From Eledone cirrhosa (Eukaryota): a stretch of 64,000 bases of DNA. Numbering within the stretch: position 1 is the first letter of the stretch; each line of letters starts with the position of its first letter. The DNA lies in contig CAXHJY010000825.1 of assembly GCA_964016885.1 (NCBI GenBank), positions 1 to 64,000 of the forward strand, written 5' to 3'. The translations under genes and the position numbers were made by a program. The notes beneath the pieces are model-generated. The model ran no database searches. It was not told where the DNA came from and worked only from the letters and a program-made list of their open reading frames with translations. Of the stretch, positions 34,210 through 48,133 are shown piece after piece.

Positions 34210-34275
34210 TATAGTTGGGTATATATTTCATTTGATATATATATATATATACTATAGTTGGGTATATATTTCATT

Positions 34276-34309
<34 letters not shown>

Positions 34310-34344
34310 TATAGTTGAGTATATATTTCATTTGATATATATAC

Positions 34345-35625
34345 AAGGTTATCAGGTGTACGACCAGTTGGCTGGAATTTGTGGACGACATGGTACTGCT
34401 TAAAACATCCTCTCAAGGAAGCCTACACAGTGCACTCTATATGTGAATGTAGTTCCACTGAAGCAGGTGGAGAAGTTCAAGTATCTCTGGGCTGTGTTCG
34501 GGAGTGATGGAAGGCAGGAGGCTGAATTTTAGTGCAAGAATTGAGGTTGGCGTAAAAGCCAAACTCATTATTTTCAATTTGGTATTTGTGTTAACCCTTA
34601 CGTATGATCACAGATCTTGGGTAATAACTGAAATTATACAATTGCAATAAAAGCAGCCAAAATGGTGTTTCTCTGACATTATTTCATAGTGGTGGTGGAT
34701 TGGCAGTAGAATCGGTAGAGGATCGGACGCCATGCTTTCCAGCATAGTTACGTCCCTTTACGATCTGAGTTCAAATCCCGCCGAGGATGACTTTGCCTTT
34801 CATCCTTACGGGGTCGATAAAATAAAGTACCAGTAATGCACTGAGATAATTGCTGGCGTTGTGCCAAAAGTAGAAACAATTATTTCATAGTGGATTGGCA
34901 GTATTGGTAGAGGGTCGGACGCCATGCTAGGGTGGTGGATTGGCAGTATCGGTAGAGGGTCGGACGCCATGCTAGGGTGGTGGATTGGCAGTATCGGTAG
35001 AGGGTCGGACGCCATGCTAGGGTGGTGGATTGGCAGTATCGGTAGAGGGTCGGACGCCATGCTAGGGTGGTGGATTGGCAGTATCGGTAGAGAGTCGGAC
35101 GCCATGCTAGGATGGTGGATTGGCAGAATCGGTAGAGGGTCGGACGCCATGCTTTGACGCATAGAGTTACGGTCCTTGCTATTCTGAGTTCAAATCCCGC
35201 CGAGGTTAACTTTGCCTTTCATCCTTACGGGGTCGATAAAAATAAAGTACCAGTAATACACTGAGATAAATAATTGCTGGCCTTGTGCCAAAAAGTAGAA
35301 ACAATTATTTCATAGTGTGTAGCTTGAAGATCAAAGCCGCAGCATCTAGAGCTGCTACTTCTCTGAATTGAGACATCATAGCTCCGATACTATGAACATG
35401 TGGTTAGAATGTCTTAGGAAAGAATCGGTGGACAGATTTTTATGGGCAAAACCAACCAGTAGGAGACCCAGGGGTATATTTTTAGCAAGATGGACGGATA
35501 ACATCCATGAACTTGTCTAGTCTCGTTAGGCGATCCAGCAGGATCAGTTCGTCAGTTGCTTCTGACAAGAACTGGTACGCATGCTTGAGGATTCTCCTCC
35601 ACAACCCTTCAAAGAATGAGCAAAG
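34345..35625 (+). mobile_element. Degenerate older RTE LINE interrupted by SINEs
   Basis: Decayed peptide pieces LEFVDDMVL and VPLKQVEKFKYL..SDGR; C-terminal remnants resume after 35317; homologous to 45400-46320. Confidence 0.7.
34691..35303 (+). mobile_element. Two family B SINEs separated by a 45-bp tandem amplification of the SINE head
   Basis: SINE 34691-34878; head repeats 34891-35109; SINE 35110-35303. ATTATTTCATAGT occurs at 34678, 34879 and 35304. Confidence 0.85.
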
Positions 35626-35698
35626 ATGATATATACAAATATACACCGCTGTTCGGCGTACTGGTATTTCATTAGCGTTATATGTAGTTGGATGTGTG

Positions 35699-35731
<33 letters not shown>

Positions 35732-35734
35732 TAT

Positions 35735-35743
35735 ATAGTTGGG

Positions 35744-35775
<32 letters not shown>

Positions 35776-35787
35776 TATATAGTTGGG

Positions 35788-35819
<32 letters not shown>

Positions 35820-35929
35820 TACATATATATAGTTGGGTATATATATATATAGAGAGAGAGAGATACATATATATAGTTGGGTATATATATATATATATAG
35901 AGAGAGAGAGATACATATATATAGTTGGG

Positions 35930-35989
<60 letters not shown>

Positions 35990-36088
35990 TAGTTGGGTAT
36001 ATATATATATAGAGAGAGAGAGAGATACATATATATAGTTGGGTATATATATATATAGAGAGAGAGAGAGATACATATATATAGTTGG

Positions 36089-36127
<39 letters not shown>

Positions 36128-36145
36128 TACATATATATAGTTGGG

Positions 36146-36177
<32 letters not shown>

Positions 36178-36193
36178 TACATATATATAGTTG

Positions 36194-36239
<46 letters not shown>

Positions 36240-36607
36240 TACATATATATAGTTGGGTATATATATATATAGAGAGAGAGAGATACATATATATAGTTGG
36301 GTATATATATATAGAGAGAGAGAGATACATATATATAGTTGGGTCTATATATATATATAGAGAGAGAGAGATATACATATATATAGTTGGGTATATATAT
36401 ATATATAGAGAGAGAGAGTTACATATAGTTGGGTATATATATATATATAGAGAGAGAGAGATACATATATATAGTTGGGTATATATATATATATAGAGAG
36501 AGAGAGATACATATATATAGTTGGGTATATATATATATAGAGAGAGATACATATATATAGTTGGGTATATATATATATAGAGAGAGAGATACATATATAT
36601 AGTTGGG

Positions 36608-36657
<50 letters not shown>

Positions 36658-36767
36658 TATACATATATATAGTTGGGTATATATATATATATATAGAGAG
36701 AGAGATACATATATATAGTTGGGTATATATATATATATAGAGAGAGAGAGATACATATATATAGTTG

Positions 36768-36831
<64 letters not shown>

Positions 36832-36942
36832 TACATATATATAGTTGGGTATATATATATATATATAGAGAGAGAGAGATACATATATATAGTTGGGTCT
36901 ATATATATATATAGAGAGAGAGAGATACATATATATAGTTGG

Positions 36943-36987
<45 letters not shown>

Positions 36988-37330
36988 TACATATATATAG
37001 TTGGGTCTATATATATATAGAGAGAGAGAGAGATATACATATATATAGTTGGGTATATATATATAGAGAGAGAGAGATATATACATATATATAGTTGGGT
37101 CTATATATATATAGAGAGAGAGATACATATATATAGTTGGGTATATATATATATATAGAGAGAGAGAGATACATATATATAGTTGGGTATATATATATAT
37201 AGAGAGAGAGAGAGAGATATATACATATATATAGTTGGGTCTATATATATATATATAGAGAGAGAGATACATATATATAGTTGGGTCTATATATAAAGAG
37301 AAAAAGATAGATGCATATATATAGTTGGGT
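35735..37330. repeat. Compound minisatellite AGTTGGG(TA)n(GA)nTACATATAT
   Basis: Constant anchors with variable dinucleotide lengths; the same AGTTGGG anchor occurs at 34050-34340. Confidence 0.9.
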
Positions 37331-37650
37331 TTATATAGACCCGAAAGAGAGAGAGGGAGAGATTGTTGAATATATTGGTATTTACACACAATGTAGACTA
37401 CAGTTGTGGGTGTTGGTATTTTTTAGCGTGTGTGTGTGTGTGTGTGTATATATATACATACATACAAACACGTGTTTCATTGTTCATTTCTATGTATATT
37501 TATAGAGATGTGTTGCTAGCACCCACATATAAACAACATAACAAGCACAATACAGAGTTTGGAATCTACATGATAAACATACCCAGTGCTCTCTATAATG
37601 TGGTTGATCCTAGGCAGAGCATACAGCTGAAGGACCCTTCAGTTGCTTCA

Positions 37651-40600
37651 GACATGACAACCTCCCTAGTGCTAGTGATATGAAGGGCATCAGGTCATAG
37701 AAACCCTGCCAAACAAAGACATGACAACTTCCCTAGTGCTAGTGATATAAAGGGCATCAAACCATAGAAACCCTGCCAAACAAAGACATGACAACTTCCC
37801 TAGTGCTAGTGATATGAAGGCCATAGAAACCCTTCCAAACAAAGACATGACAACCTCCCTAGTGCTAGTGACACGAAGGCCATAGAAACCCTTCCAAACA
37901 AAGACATGACAACTTCCCTAGTGCTAGTGATATAAAGGGCATCAAACCATAGAAACCCTTCCAAACAAAGACACGACAACCTCCCTAGTGCTAGTGACAC
38001 GAAGGCCATAGAAACCCTTCCAAACAAAGACATGACAACCTCCCTAGTGCTAGTGACACGAAGGCCATAGAAACCCTTCCAAACAAAGACACGACAACCT
38101 CCCTAGTGCTAGTGACACGAAGGCCATAGAAACCCTTCCAAACAAAGACACGACAACCTCCCTAGTGCTAGTGACACGAAGGCCATAGAAACCCTTCCAA
38201 ACAAAGACACGACAACCTCCCTAGTGCTAGTGACACGAAGGCCATAGAAACCCTTCCAAACAAAGACACGACAACCTCCCTAGTGCTAGTGACACGAAGG
38301 CCATAGAAACCCTTCCAAACAAAGACATGACAACCTCCCTAGTGCTAGTGACACGAAGGCCATAGAAACCCTTCCAAACAAAGACATGACAACCTCCCTA
38401 GTGCTAGTGACACGAAGGCCATAGAAACCCTTCCAAACAAAGACACGACAACCTCCCTAGTGCTAGTGACACGAAGGCCATAGAAACCCTTCCAAACAAA
38501 GACACGACAACCTCCCTAGTGCTAGTGACACGAAGGCCATAGAAACCCTTCCAAACAAAGACATGACAACCTCCCTAGTGCTAGTGACACGAAGGCCATA
38601 GAAACCCTTCCAAACAAAGACACGACAACCTCCCTAGTGCTAGTGACACGAAGGCCATAGAAACCCTTCCAAACAAAGACATGACAACCTCCCTAGCGCT
38701 AGTGACACGAAGGCCATAGAAACCCTTCCAAACAAAGACATGACAACCTCCCTAGTGCTAGTGACACGAAGGCCATAGAAACCCTTCCAAACAAAGACAT
38801 GACAACCTCCCTAGTGCTAGTGACACGAAGGCCATAGAAACCCTTCTAAACAAAGACATGACAACTTCCCTAGTGCTAGTGACACGAAGGCCATAGAAAC
38901 CCTTCCAAACAAAGACATGACAACCTCCCTAGTGCTAGTGACACGAAGGCCATAGAAACCCTTCCAAACAAAGACATGACAACCTCCCTAGTGCTAGTGA
39001 CACGAAGGCCATAGAAACCCTTCCAAACAAAGACATGACAACTTCCCTAGTGCTAGTGATACGAAGGCCATAGTAACCCTTCCAAACAAAGACACGACAA
39101 CCTCCCTAGTGCTAGTGACACGAAGGCCATAGAAACCCTTCCAAACAAAGACATGACAACCTCCCTAGTGCTAGTGACACGAAGGCCATAGAAACCCTTC
39201 CAAACAAAGACATGACAACTTCCCTAGTGCTAGTGACACGAAGGCCATAGAAACCCTTCCAAACAAAGACACGACAACCTCCCTAGTGACACGAAGGCCA
39301 TAGAAACCCTTCCAAACAAAGACATGACAACCTCCCTAGTGCTAGTGACACGAAGGCCATAGAAACCCTTCCAAACAAAGACATGACAACCTCCCTAGTG
39401 CTAGTGACACGAAGGCCATAGAAACCCTTCCAAACAAAGACATGACAACTTCCCTAGTGCTAGTGACACGAAGGCCATAGAAACCCTTCCAAACAAAGAC
39501 ACGACAACCTCCCTAGTGACACGAAGGCCATAGAAACCCTTCCAAACAAAGACATGACAACCTCCCTAGTGCTAGTGACACGAATGCCATAGAAACCCTT
39601 CCAAACAAAGACATGACAACCTCCCTAGTGCTAGTGACACGAAGGCCATAGAAACCCTTCCAAACAAAGACATGACAACCTCCCTAGTGCTAGTGACACG
39701 AAGGCCATAGAAACCCTTCCAAACAAAGACATGACAACTTCCCTAGTGCTAGTGACACGAAGGCCATAGAAACCCTTCCAAACAAAGACACGACAACCTC
39801 CCTAGTGACACGAAGGCCATAGAAACCCTTCCAAACAAAGACATGACAACCTCCCTAGTGCTAGTGACACGAAGGCCATAGAAACCCTTCCAAACAAAGA
39901 CACGACAACCTCCCTAGTGCTAGTGACACGAAGGCCATAGAAACCCTTCCAAACAAAGACATGACAACCTCCCTAGTGCTAGTGACACGAAGGCCATAGA
40001 AACCCTTCCAAACAAAGACATGACAACCTCCCTAGTGCTAGTGACACGAAGGCCATAGAAACCCTTCCAAACAAAGACACGATAACCTCCCTAGTGCTAG
40101 TGACACGAAGGCCATAGAAACCCTTCCAAACAAAGACATGACAACCTCCCTAGTGCTAGTGACACGAAGGCCATAGAAACCCTTCCAAACAAAGACACGA
40201 CAACCTCCCTAGTGCTAGTGACACGAAGGCCATAGAAACCCTTCCAAACAAAGACACGACAACCTCCCTAGTGCTAGTGACACGAAGGCCATAGAAACCC
40301 TTCCAAACAAAGACACGACAACCTCCCTAGTGCTAGTGACACGAAGGCCATAGAAACCCTTCCAAACAAAGACACGACAACCTCCCTAGTGCTAGTGACA
40401 CGAAGGCCATAGAAACCCTTCCAAACAAAGACACGACAAACTCCCTAGTGCTAGTGATATGAAGGGCATCAAGCCATAGAAACCCTTCCAAACAAAGACA
40501 TGACAACCTCCCTAGTGCTAGTGACACGAAAGCCATAGAAACCCTTCCAAACAAAGACATGACAACCTCCCTAGTGCTAGTGACACGAAGGCCATAGAAA

Positions 40601-42362
40601 CCCTTCCAAACAAAGACATGACAACCTCCCTAGTGCTAGTGACACGAAGGCCATAGAAACCCTTCCAAACAAAGACACGACAACCTCCCTAGTGCTAGTG
40701 ACACGAAGGCCATAGAAACCCTTCCAAACAAAGACACGACAACCTCCCTAGTGCTAGTGACACGAAGGCCATAGAAACCCTTCCAAACAAAGACACGACA
40801 ACCTCCCTAGTGCTAGTGACACGAAGGCCATAGAAACCCTTCCAAACAAAGACACGACAACCTCCCTAGTGCTAGTGACACGAAGGCCATAGAAACCCTT
40901 CCAAACAAAGACACGACAACCTCCCTAGTGCTAGTGACACGAAGGCCATAGAAACCCTTCCAAACAAAGACACGACAACCTCCCTAGTGCTAGTGACACG
41001 AAGGCCATAGAAACCCTTCCAAACAAAGACACGACAACCTCCCTAGTGCTAGTGACACGAAGGCCATAGAAACCCTTCCAAACAAAGACACGACAAACTC
41101 CCTAGTGCTAGTGATATGAAGGGCATCAAGCCATAGAAACCCTTCCAAACAAAGACATGACAACCTCCCTAGTGCTAGTGACACGAAAGCCATAGAAACC
41201 CTTCCAAACAAAGACATGACAACCTCCCTAGTGCTAGTGACACGAAGGCCATAGAAACCCTTCCAAACAAAGACATGACAACCTCCCTAGTGCTAGTGAC
41301 ACGAAGGCCATAGAAACCCTTCCAAACAAAGACACGACAACCTCCCTAGTGCTAGTGACACGAAGGCCATAGAAACCCTTCCAAACAAAGACACGACAAC
41401 CTCCCTAGTGCTAGTGACACGAAGGCCATAGAAACCCTTCCAAACAAAGACACGACAACCTCCCTAGTGCTAGTGACACGAAGGCCATAGAAACCCTTTC
41501 AAACAAAGACACGACAACCTCCCTAGTGCTAGTGACACGAAGGCCATAGAAACCCTTCCAAACAAAGACACGACAAACTCCCTAGTGCTAGTGATATGAA
41601 GGGCATCAAGCCATAGAAACCCTTCCAAACAAAGACATGACAACCTCCCTAGTGCTAGTGACACGAAAGCCATAGAAACCCTTCCAAACAAAGACATGAC
41701 AACCTCCCTAGTGCTAGTGACACGAAGGCCATAGAAACCCTTCCAAACAAAGACATGACAACTTCCCTAGTGCTAGTGACACGAAGGCCATAGAAACCCT
41801 TCCAAACAAAGACACGACAACCTCCCTAGTGCTAGTGACACGAAGGCCATAGAAACCCTTCCAAACAAAGACATGACAACCTCCCTAGTGCTAGTGACAC
41901 GAAGGCCATAGAAACCCTTCCAAACAAAGACACGACAACCTCCCTAGTGCTAGTGACACGAAGGCCATAGAAACCCTTCCAAACAAAGACATGACAACCT
42001 CCCTAGTGCTAGTGACACGAAGGCCATAGAAACCCTTCCAAACAAACACATGACAACCTCCCTAGTGCTAGTGATACGAAGGCCATAGTAACCCTTCCAA
42101 ACAAACACATGACAACCTCCCTAGTGCTAGTGATATGAAGGGCATCAAGCCATAGAAACCCTTCCAAACAAACACATGACAACCTCCCTAGTGCTAGTGA
42201 TATGAAGGGTATCAGGCCATAGAAACCCTTCCAAACAAACACATGACAACCTCCCTAGTGCTAGTGATATGAAGGGCATCAGGCCATAGAAACCCTGCCA
42301 AACAAAGGATTGAGAGGACCCTTCAGTTGTGACAGACATGCATGGCAACCTCCCTAGTGCTG
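37651..42362. repeat. 59-bp satellite, roughly 78 units, with 52-bp and 67-bp variants
   Basis: Unit GACATGACAACCTCCCTAGTGCTAGTGACACGAAGGCCATAGAAACCCTTCCAAACAAA. Confidence 0.97.
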
Positions 42363-42558
42363 GTGTAGGGACATAAGTGAGATAAAGGCTTCCAGCCTAC
42401 CATGGGGTCACTTCCGTCACTTTGGGTACCAACTTGGTCAGCTGACAACCTCTACAACTCTTGCTAATTGGGAACATGGATCTTAAATTACGATGATACC
42501 ATATAACTTTCACACACTCACTCACACACACACACTCGCACACACACACAATCACACA

Positions 42559-42620
<62 letters not shown>

Positions 42621-43658
42621 TCTTTGTCTCACCCACCTCTGTTACACATATTCTCTCTGAACATCTCCCTCTCTCTCTCCCTCCCTCTCTCTCTCCCTCC
42701 CTCTCTCTCTCCCTCTCCCCCTCCCTCTCTCTCTCCCTCTCCCCTCTCTCTCCACGCCACCCTCTCTCCCCTCTCTCCACGCCACCCTCTCTCCCCTCTC
42801 TCCACGCCACCCTCTCTCCCTCTCTCTCCACGCCACCCTCTCTCCCTCTCTCATCTCTCTCCACGCCACCCTCTCTCTCCCTCTCTCTCCACGCCACCCT
42901 CTCTCTCCACGCCACCCTCTCTCCCTCTCTCCTCTCTCTCCACGCCACCCTCTCTCGACCATTCCATGCCCCCCCCCCCCTCCCACCATCACAATAACCA
43001 CCACCATCACAATAATCACCAACATCACAATAACCACCACCACCACCACCACAATAACCACCATCACAATAATCAAAACCTCAATCTATAAAGCTGTCAC
43101 CGTCCCCTCTCCCTCTCATCTCTCCCCCACCCTCCTATCTTCCACTTTAATTAAACCAGACTAACTGTCTCTTTATTCCTTCTCCATTCATTATTAGAAT
43201 TTCGGAGGAAATTAGATGACTTTTTAGTTTTATTTTCTTAAAAAATAACAGAAACGAAACGAATCACTACCACCACCACCACCACCAATAGTGATAGCAC
43301 CACCACCACCAATAGTAAACCACCAACACCACCAACACCACCACCACTACCACCACCACCACCAATAGTAATAGCACCACCACCACCAATAGTGATAGCA
43401 CCACCACCACCACCACCACCAACAGTAACAACACCAACACCACGACAAATAGTAGTAACACCACCACCACCACTACCAATAGTATCACCACCACCAACAG
43501 TAACAACACCAACACCACGACAAATAGTAGTAACACCAACACCACTACCACCACAACCACCACCACCACCGATAGTAGCAGTAACAGTAACACCACCAAC
43601 ACCACCACCACCAACAACAACAACAGTAGTAGTAGTAGTACCACCACTACATCATCAA

Positions 43659-43693
<35 letters not shown>

Positions 43694-45220
43694 ACACCAC
43701 CACTACCAACAGTAGTAATATTAATAAAAACAATCTCTTATCTTTCCCTTCTTCCATTAACTGTGGGACGATAACATATCCTCACATTTCTCTGGTAAAC
43801 AAAGTTGATGGACTGAAGCAGATTTTCGGGTCTCTCTCCCTCTCTCTACCTCTTTTTTTCTTATTCTCTGTCTCTCCCTCAACCCCCCTGTCTCTCTCTC
43901 TCTCTCTCTACCTGTCTCTACCTCTCCCTTTTCCTCTCTCTCTCTACATTCAATCGTCATTTTTTCTAAGGAAATCTAAATTTTTCATTTAAAGCAGAGT
44001 TGTTTAAAAAAGTCGACACGGAAATCGTTTTCGTCGCCGATGGGGTGGATGTAAAAAGATGCGGAAAACGAAAATAGCTCGGAATAACACTAAAGTCAAA
44101 CGTTTAACTTACTTATATAATTATTTCTTTATTACCACAATAATAATAATACTATTTTTACATGTTTCAGTCTTAAGATTGCGGCAATGCTGGGGCAATG
44201 CCTTCATAGGGAAATAGTTTTCCTTGACAAGAGGAGAATGGGGAGTGTATGTAAAAAGATGCGGAAAACGAAAACATCAAATTGACAGTTGATCATATTT
44301 ATGGAATAATTTTATTAAAAAAAAAATAAACAAAACAGTTTGTATTTGTAAATATTAGAGGACTGAATTGACGACGAATAGTATACGTGGTGGACCAGAA
44401 ACTTGCTAGAAATAGCCGCCAAACCATTTATTTGTAGTTTTTGTAGTATAGCCTATGTAATGTATATATTTTTTCTTTGTAATGAAAGACACTGCCTTTA
44501 AATTGGGAACATAACTTAACAAAGGATTTTATATAAAATTATGTTGGATTTTTTTTTTTTTTTTACATAAATATAAACATCTTAACTATTTTATTACCGT
44601 ATTTCTAATGAAGTGATTTAGTAATATAATTTTCTCATTTGGAACATAACTTAACAAAGGTTCTTAAGGTTTTTGTTTTAGATGAACAGTTATGTATCGT
44701 AAAAAAAGGATGGTTTCAGGCTGGTATAAAAAAAAGGGTTTAGTATAATAGAGCTTATGTCATCAACTTTCGAAATGATCGATTTTTAATTCGACTTAAG
44801 TAAGTAAAATGAAAAGAATTTAATTATTCTTATTTACCGTTCTTTTTTTATTTTTTATTCCTCTCAATTCCGTGAATTATAATAGTTGTTGTAATGCAGT
44901 CAACACAATAATGTCATTTGTTGACTATTTAATTTGGGTGGTGGTGGGGGTGAGGGTAGTGGGGGTGGTTGTGGTGGTGTTTGGAACGCTCTCTGTGTTT
45001 GTGTGGTTGAGTCAGTGACAGTCTCTCTCTCTCTATATATATATAAGGGTGAAAGCAGCGATTCTTTGCTTAAACTTTAATCTGTTATTTTAATAAATAT
45101 TTGCTCTACGGTTTTTATATATCTGATATATATTTATCCTTATCGAGCCCTCTTTGGATTTTAGTCTTCAAATTTATTATTATTACTATATATGTATGTA
45201 TGTATGTATAAAACTGATCT

Positions 45221-45296
45221 ATATTATATTTTATCTGATGAAAGCACACCATAATTTAACTTGGTGTCCTTGAAATATGTATAATGAAATAAATAT
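45221..45296 (+). ncRNA. Minimal type I hammerhead ribozyme motif, related to the 3311 copy
   Basis: TATTTTAT-CTGATGA-AAG C ACACCA taatttaact TGGTGT C CTT-GAAA-TATGTA-TA-ATGAAATA; the downstream ~50 bp is homologous to 3361-3411. Confidence 0.75.
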
Positions 45297-45399
45297 GGTT
45301 TTATAAATATAGTTTCCATTTGTTAATATCGTATATATATATATGTGTGTCAATGGCTGTATGCCAGTGTGACAGTATATATATATGTATGTCTGTATG

Positions 45400-46320
45400 T
45401 GTGTCTACATCCTCCCTCTACCACTAGAACTCTTAAGAATCTCTCCCTTATCTCTCCAATATTACATGTTTGTCATCTCTCAATTCAGCGAAGTAGTGAC
45501 TCTACCTGGAGTGACACTCTGATCTCCGAGCTACGCACTCTATCGAGTAACGTTACTCCAAAGACCCTTCGGAGGAATTCCATTTCAGCAGCTGGCATTC
45601 CCAATCGTATTCTTTCGGTCATTACCCAAGATTCATGACCCTAGGTAAGGGTTAGCACAAATACCGAATTGAAGATAGCGGGTTTATCTTTTACACCTAG
45701 CTCCCTTCTGATTACTGAATGCTGAAGCTGACACATTACTGCACCAGCTCCTGTAATTCTTGCACTTATTTCAGTCTCCTACCTTCCATCACTCGTGAAC
45801 ACGGCCCCGAGATACTTGAACTTCTCTACCTGCTTCAGGGGAACTCCATTCACATGTAGAGTGCACTGCGTAGGCGTCCTTTGGAGGACGAGTTTCTCTG
45901 TTTTCGCAGCACGGATTTTCAGTCTAACCATGCAGCACTTGACATCAAACCTATCAAGGGCAAGTTGAAGATCACCTGTCATCTGCAAATTCCAGCCGAC
46001 TGATTTTTACCCCCGCTAGTGATGGCACCACTTCCAACCCAGATGCACATGTAAATATTTGTTTCTACATTTGGCACAAGGCCAGCAATTATCTCAGTGT
46101 ATTACTGGTGCTTTATTTTATCCACCTCGGTGGGATTTGAACTTAGATCATAAAAAAAGTCCTATCATAACTCTATGTTGCAAAGCATGGCGTCCGACCC
46201 TCTACCAATACTGCACCAATTCACTGCCATTCATGTAAATAATGAGAAGGAGATGTGACAGTTTGGACTCTTGGTGGAGTCCAATTTCCACATTGTATGG
46301 CTTCGATTTAGCACCATTAA
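45400..46320 (-). mobile_element. Degenerate older RTE LINE with a SINE B insertion (about 46059-46225)
   Basis: DLQLALDRFDVKC..LKI..KTE..VPLKQVEKFKYLGAVFTSDGR; also VEIGLHQESKLSHLL resembling the GxxQG motif. Confidence 0.75.
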
Positions 46321-46560
46321 CACGGCAAAAAAGCACCCAGCCCACACTGTAAAGTGGACGTGTAGGCGCCACGAAAAAGCACCCAGCACTCACTGTAAAT
46401 GAGGTTGGTGTTAGGAAGGGCATCCAGCTGTAGAAATCAAGCTAAATCAGTTCCTGTATGAGCAAGGCATGGTCAGCCGACCAGACACTGCCCACAACAG
46501 GACAACCCGTCTAACCCATGCTAGCGTGGAAGAACGGACGTAAAACGGTGATGATGATGA
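46320..46560 (+). mobile_element. RTE-type 3' tail
   Basis: GGTTGGTGTTAGGAAGGGCATCCAGCTGTAGAAA followed by (GAT)n. Confidence 0.8.
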
Positions 46561-46892
46561 ACACAAATACTTGGGCATTCATATCAAGACATCAGGGCAG
46601 CTAGGAGCTGACCACCAACCCCATACTCTTGCACAACCTACCACAGCAGGTCCCAACGAACGCAGTCATATACATTTTCAAGGTCAGGTTTCCAAACATA
46701 AAATGTATTTGTTGTCATTTTTTTAATTTAGTTTTATGCCTGAAAATACAGACATTACCAAATGAAAGTTGTAGACTGGCTGAATTAACACACACACACA
46801 CTGTACATGAGTGTGTATATATCTGAGTGTGTGTGTCTATATATGTGTGGGTATATATATATATATATATACCCACCCGGGACCTACGTATA

Positions 46893-47120
46893 CTCTTTTA
46901 CTCTTTTACCTGTTTCAGCCATCCGGCTGAGGCCATGCTGGGGCACCGCCCTTGTTGCTACACATTTTATCTCCAGCCTGTATAGGTTGGCCACTTAGGT
47001 TTCCCTCGTGTCTTGCTGTGGGCTCATCCGGGGTCCTGGATAACAAGGTGTCGAGATGTTTCTTAAAGACATCCACCTCCACGTCATGCAAGTCTCGCAG
47101 ATGCCTCGGCAGCCTGTTGA
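46893..47120 (-). mobile_element. CR1/L2-like LINE 3' fragment
   Basis: The minus strand encodes NRLPRHLRDLHDVEVDVFKKHLDTLLSRTPDEP (a CR1-type ORF2 end), followed by GGCGGTGCCCCAGCATGG and a TAAAAGAG repeat tail. Confidence 0.65.
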
Positions 47121-47133
47121 TATATATATATAC

Positions 47134-47179
<46 letters not shown>

Positions 47180-47426
47180 GTAGGTCCCGGGTTGAGTCGG
47201 GGATAACCACAGTAAGTAAGGTACTCAATACATGGCAGAGTAAAATATATTTATTGTATAGAAGGAGCTTCTACAGGACTAGTACTGTATTTAGATACAC
47301 AGGACCACAACATGGCACAGGCCGTTTTTTCTTTGGGGAGTGGTCAATTAGCCAGAGTGCTTTTGTAAAATAAAAGGAAAAGAAAAAGTAAATAAATAAA
47401 TAAAAATAAATAAAAACCCCAATAAT

Positions 47427-47611
47427 TGTTTCTACTTTAGGCACAAGGCCAGCAATTACCCAGTGCATTACTGGTACTTTATTTTATCTACCCCGTAAGG
47501 ATGAAAGGCAAAGTCAACCTCGGCAGGATTTGAACTCAGATCGTAAAGGGACGTAACTATGCTGGAAAGCATGGCGTCCGACCCTCTACCGATACTGCCA
47601 ATCCACCGCCC
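47427..47611 (-). mobile_element. SINE family B with an 18-bp TSD
   Basis: TSD AATAAAAACCCCAATAAT at 47409 and 47612; B box GAGTTCAAATCC. Confidence 0.9.
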
Positions 47612-47951
47612 AATAAAAACCCCAATAATAGTAATTAAACAGATATATAGTAGGGAGATTTTTTTAGGTGGGTTGGTATTAGAAGATAAACAAGAAGGAA
47701 TCATGGCACAGACTGAGGTGAGTGGTCAAGTTAACATACAAGCCACAGGTGGCCAGAGTGTTTTTGTAGAATGGAAAGAATAAAATATATTTACATACTC
47801 ACAACCACATATATAAATACTTACACACACATATATATATGCATATCTATACATATATATATATATACACACAAGAAAAACACATACACACAAATATACA
47901 CACACACGCGCATATATATGCATACACACATGTATATATATATATATATAT

Positions 47952-48133
47952 AAGCTTCTACAGGACTAGAACTGTTTGATTCGTGAGATATCATCAGGAA
48001 GCTCTGATGATTTCTTACGAATGAAACAGTTGTAGTCTTGTAGAAGCTTTTCTATAATAAAACATTTATAATCTGCTATGTATTGAGTACCTTACTTACT
48101 GTGGTTACCTCCGATTCAATCCGGAATAACCTA
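47952..48133. mobile_element. Back-to-back HHR-like inverted repeat with a Penelope-like tail
   Basis: Arms 47952-47997 and 48004-48049 match at 41/46 and both begin CTGATGA. The tail 48050-48133 is homologous to 47178-47290 (minus). Confidence 0.5.

Noticed and set aside
37651-42362. CRISPR-like appearance of the regular array
   Set aside because: Head-to-tail units with no unique spacers, no cas genes and a eukaryotic context.
42400-42482. Possible minus-strand exon
   Set aside because: Short, with no homology I can recognise and a weak acceptor.
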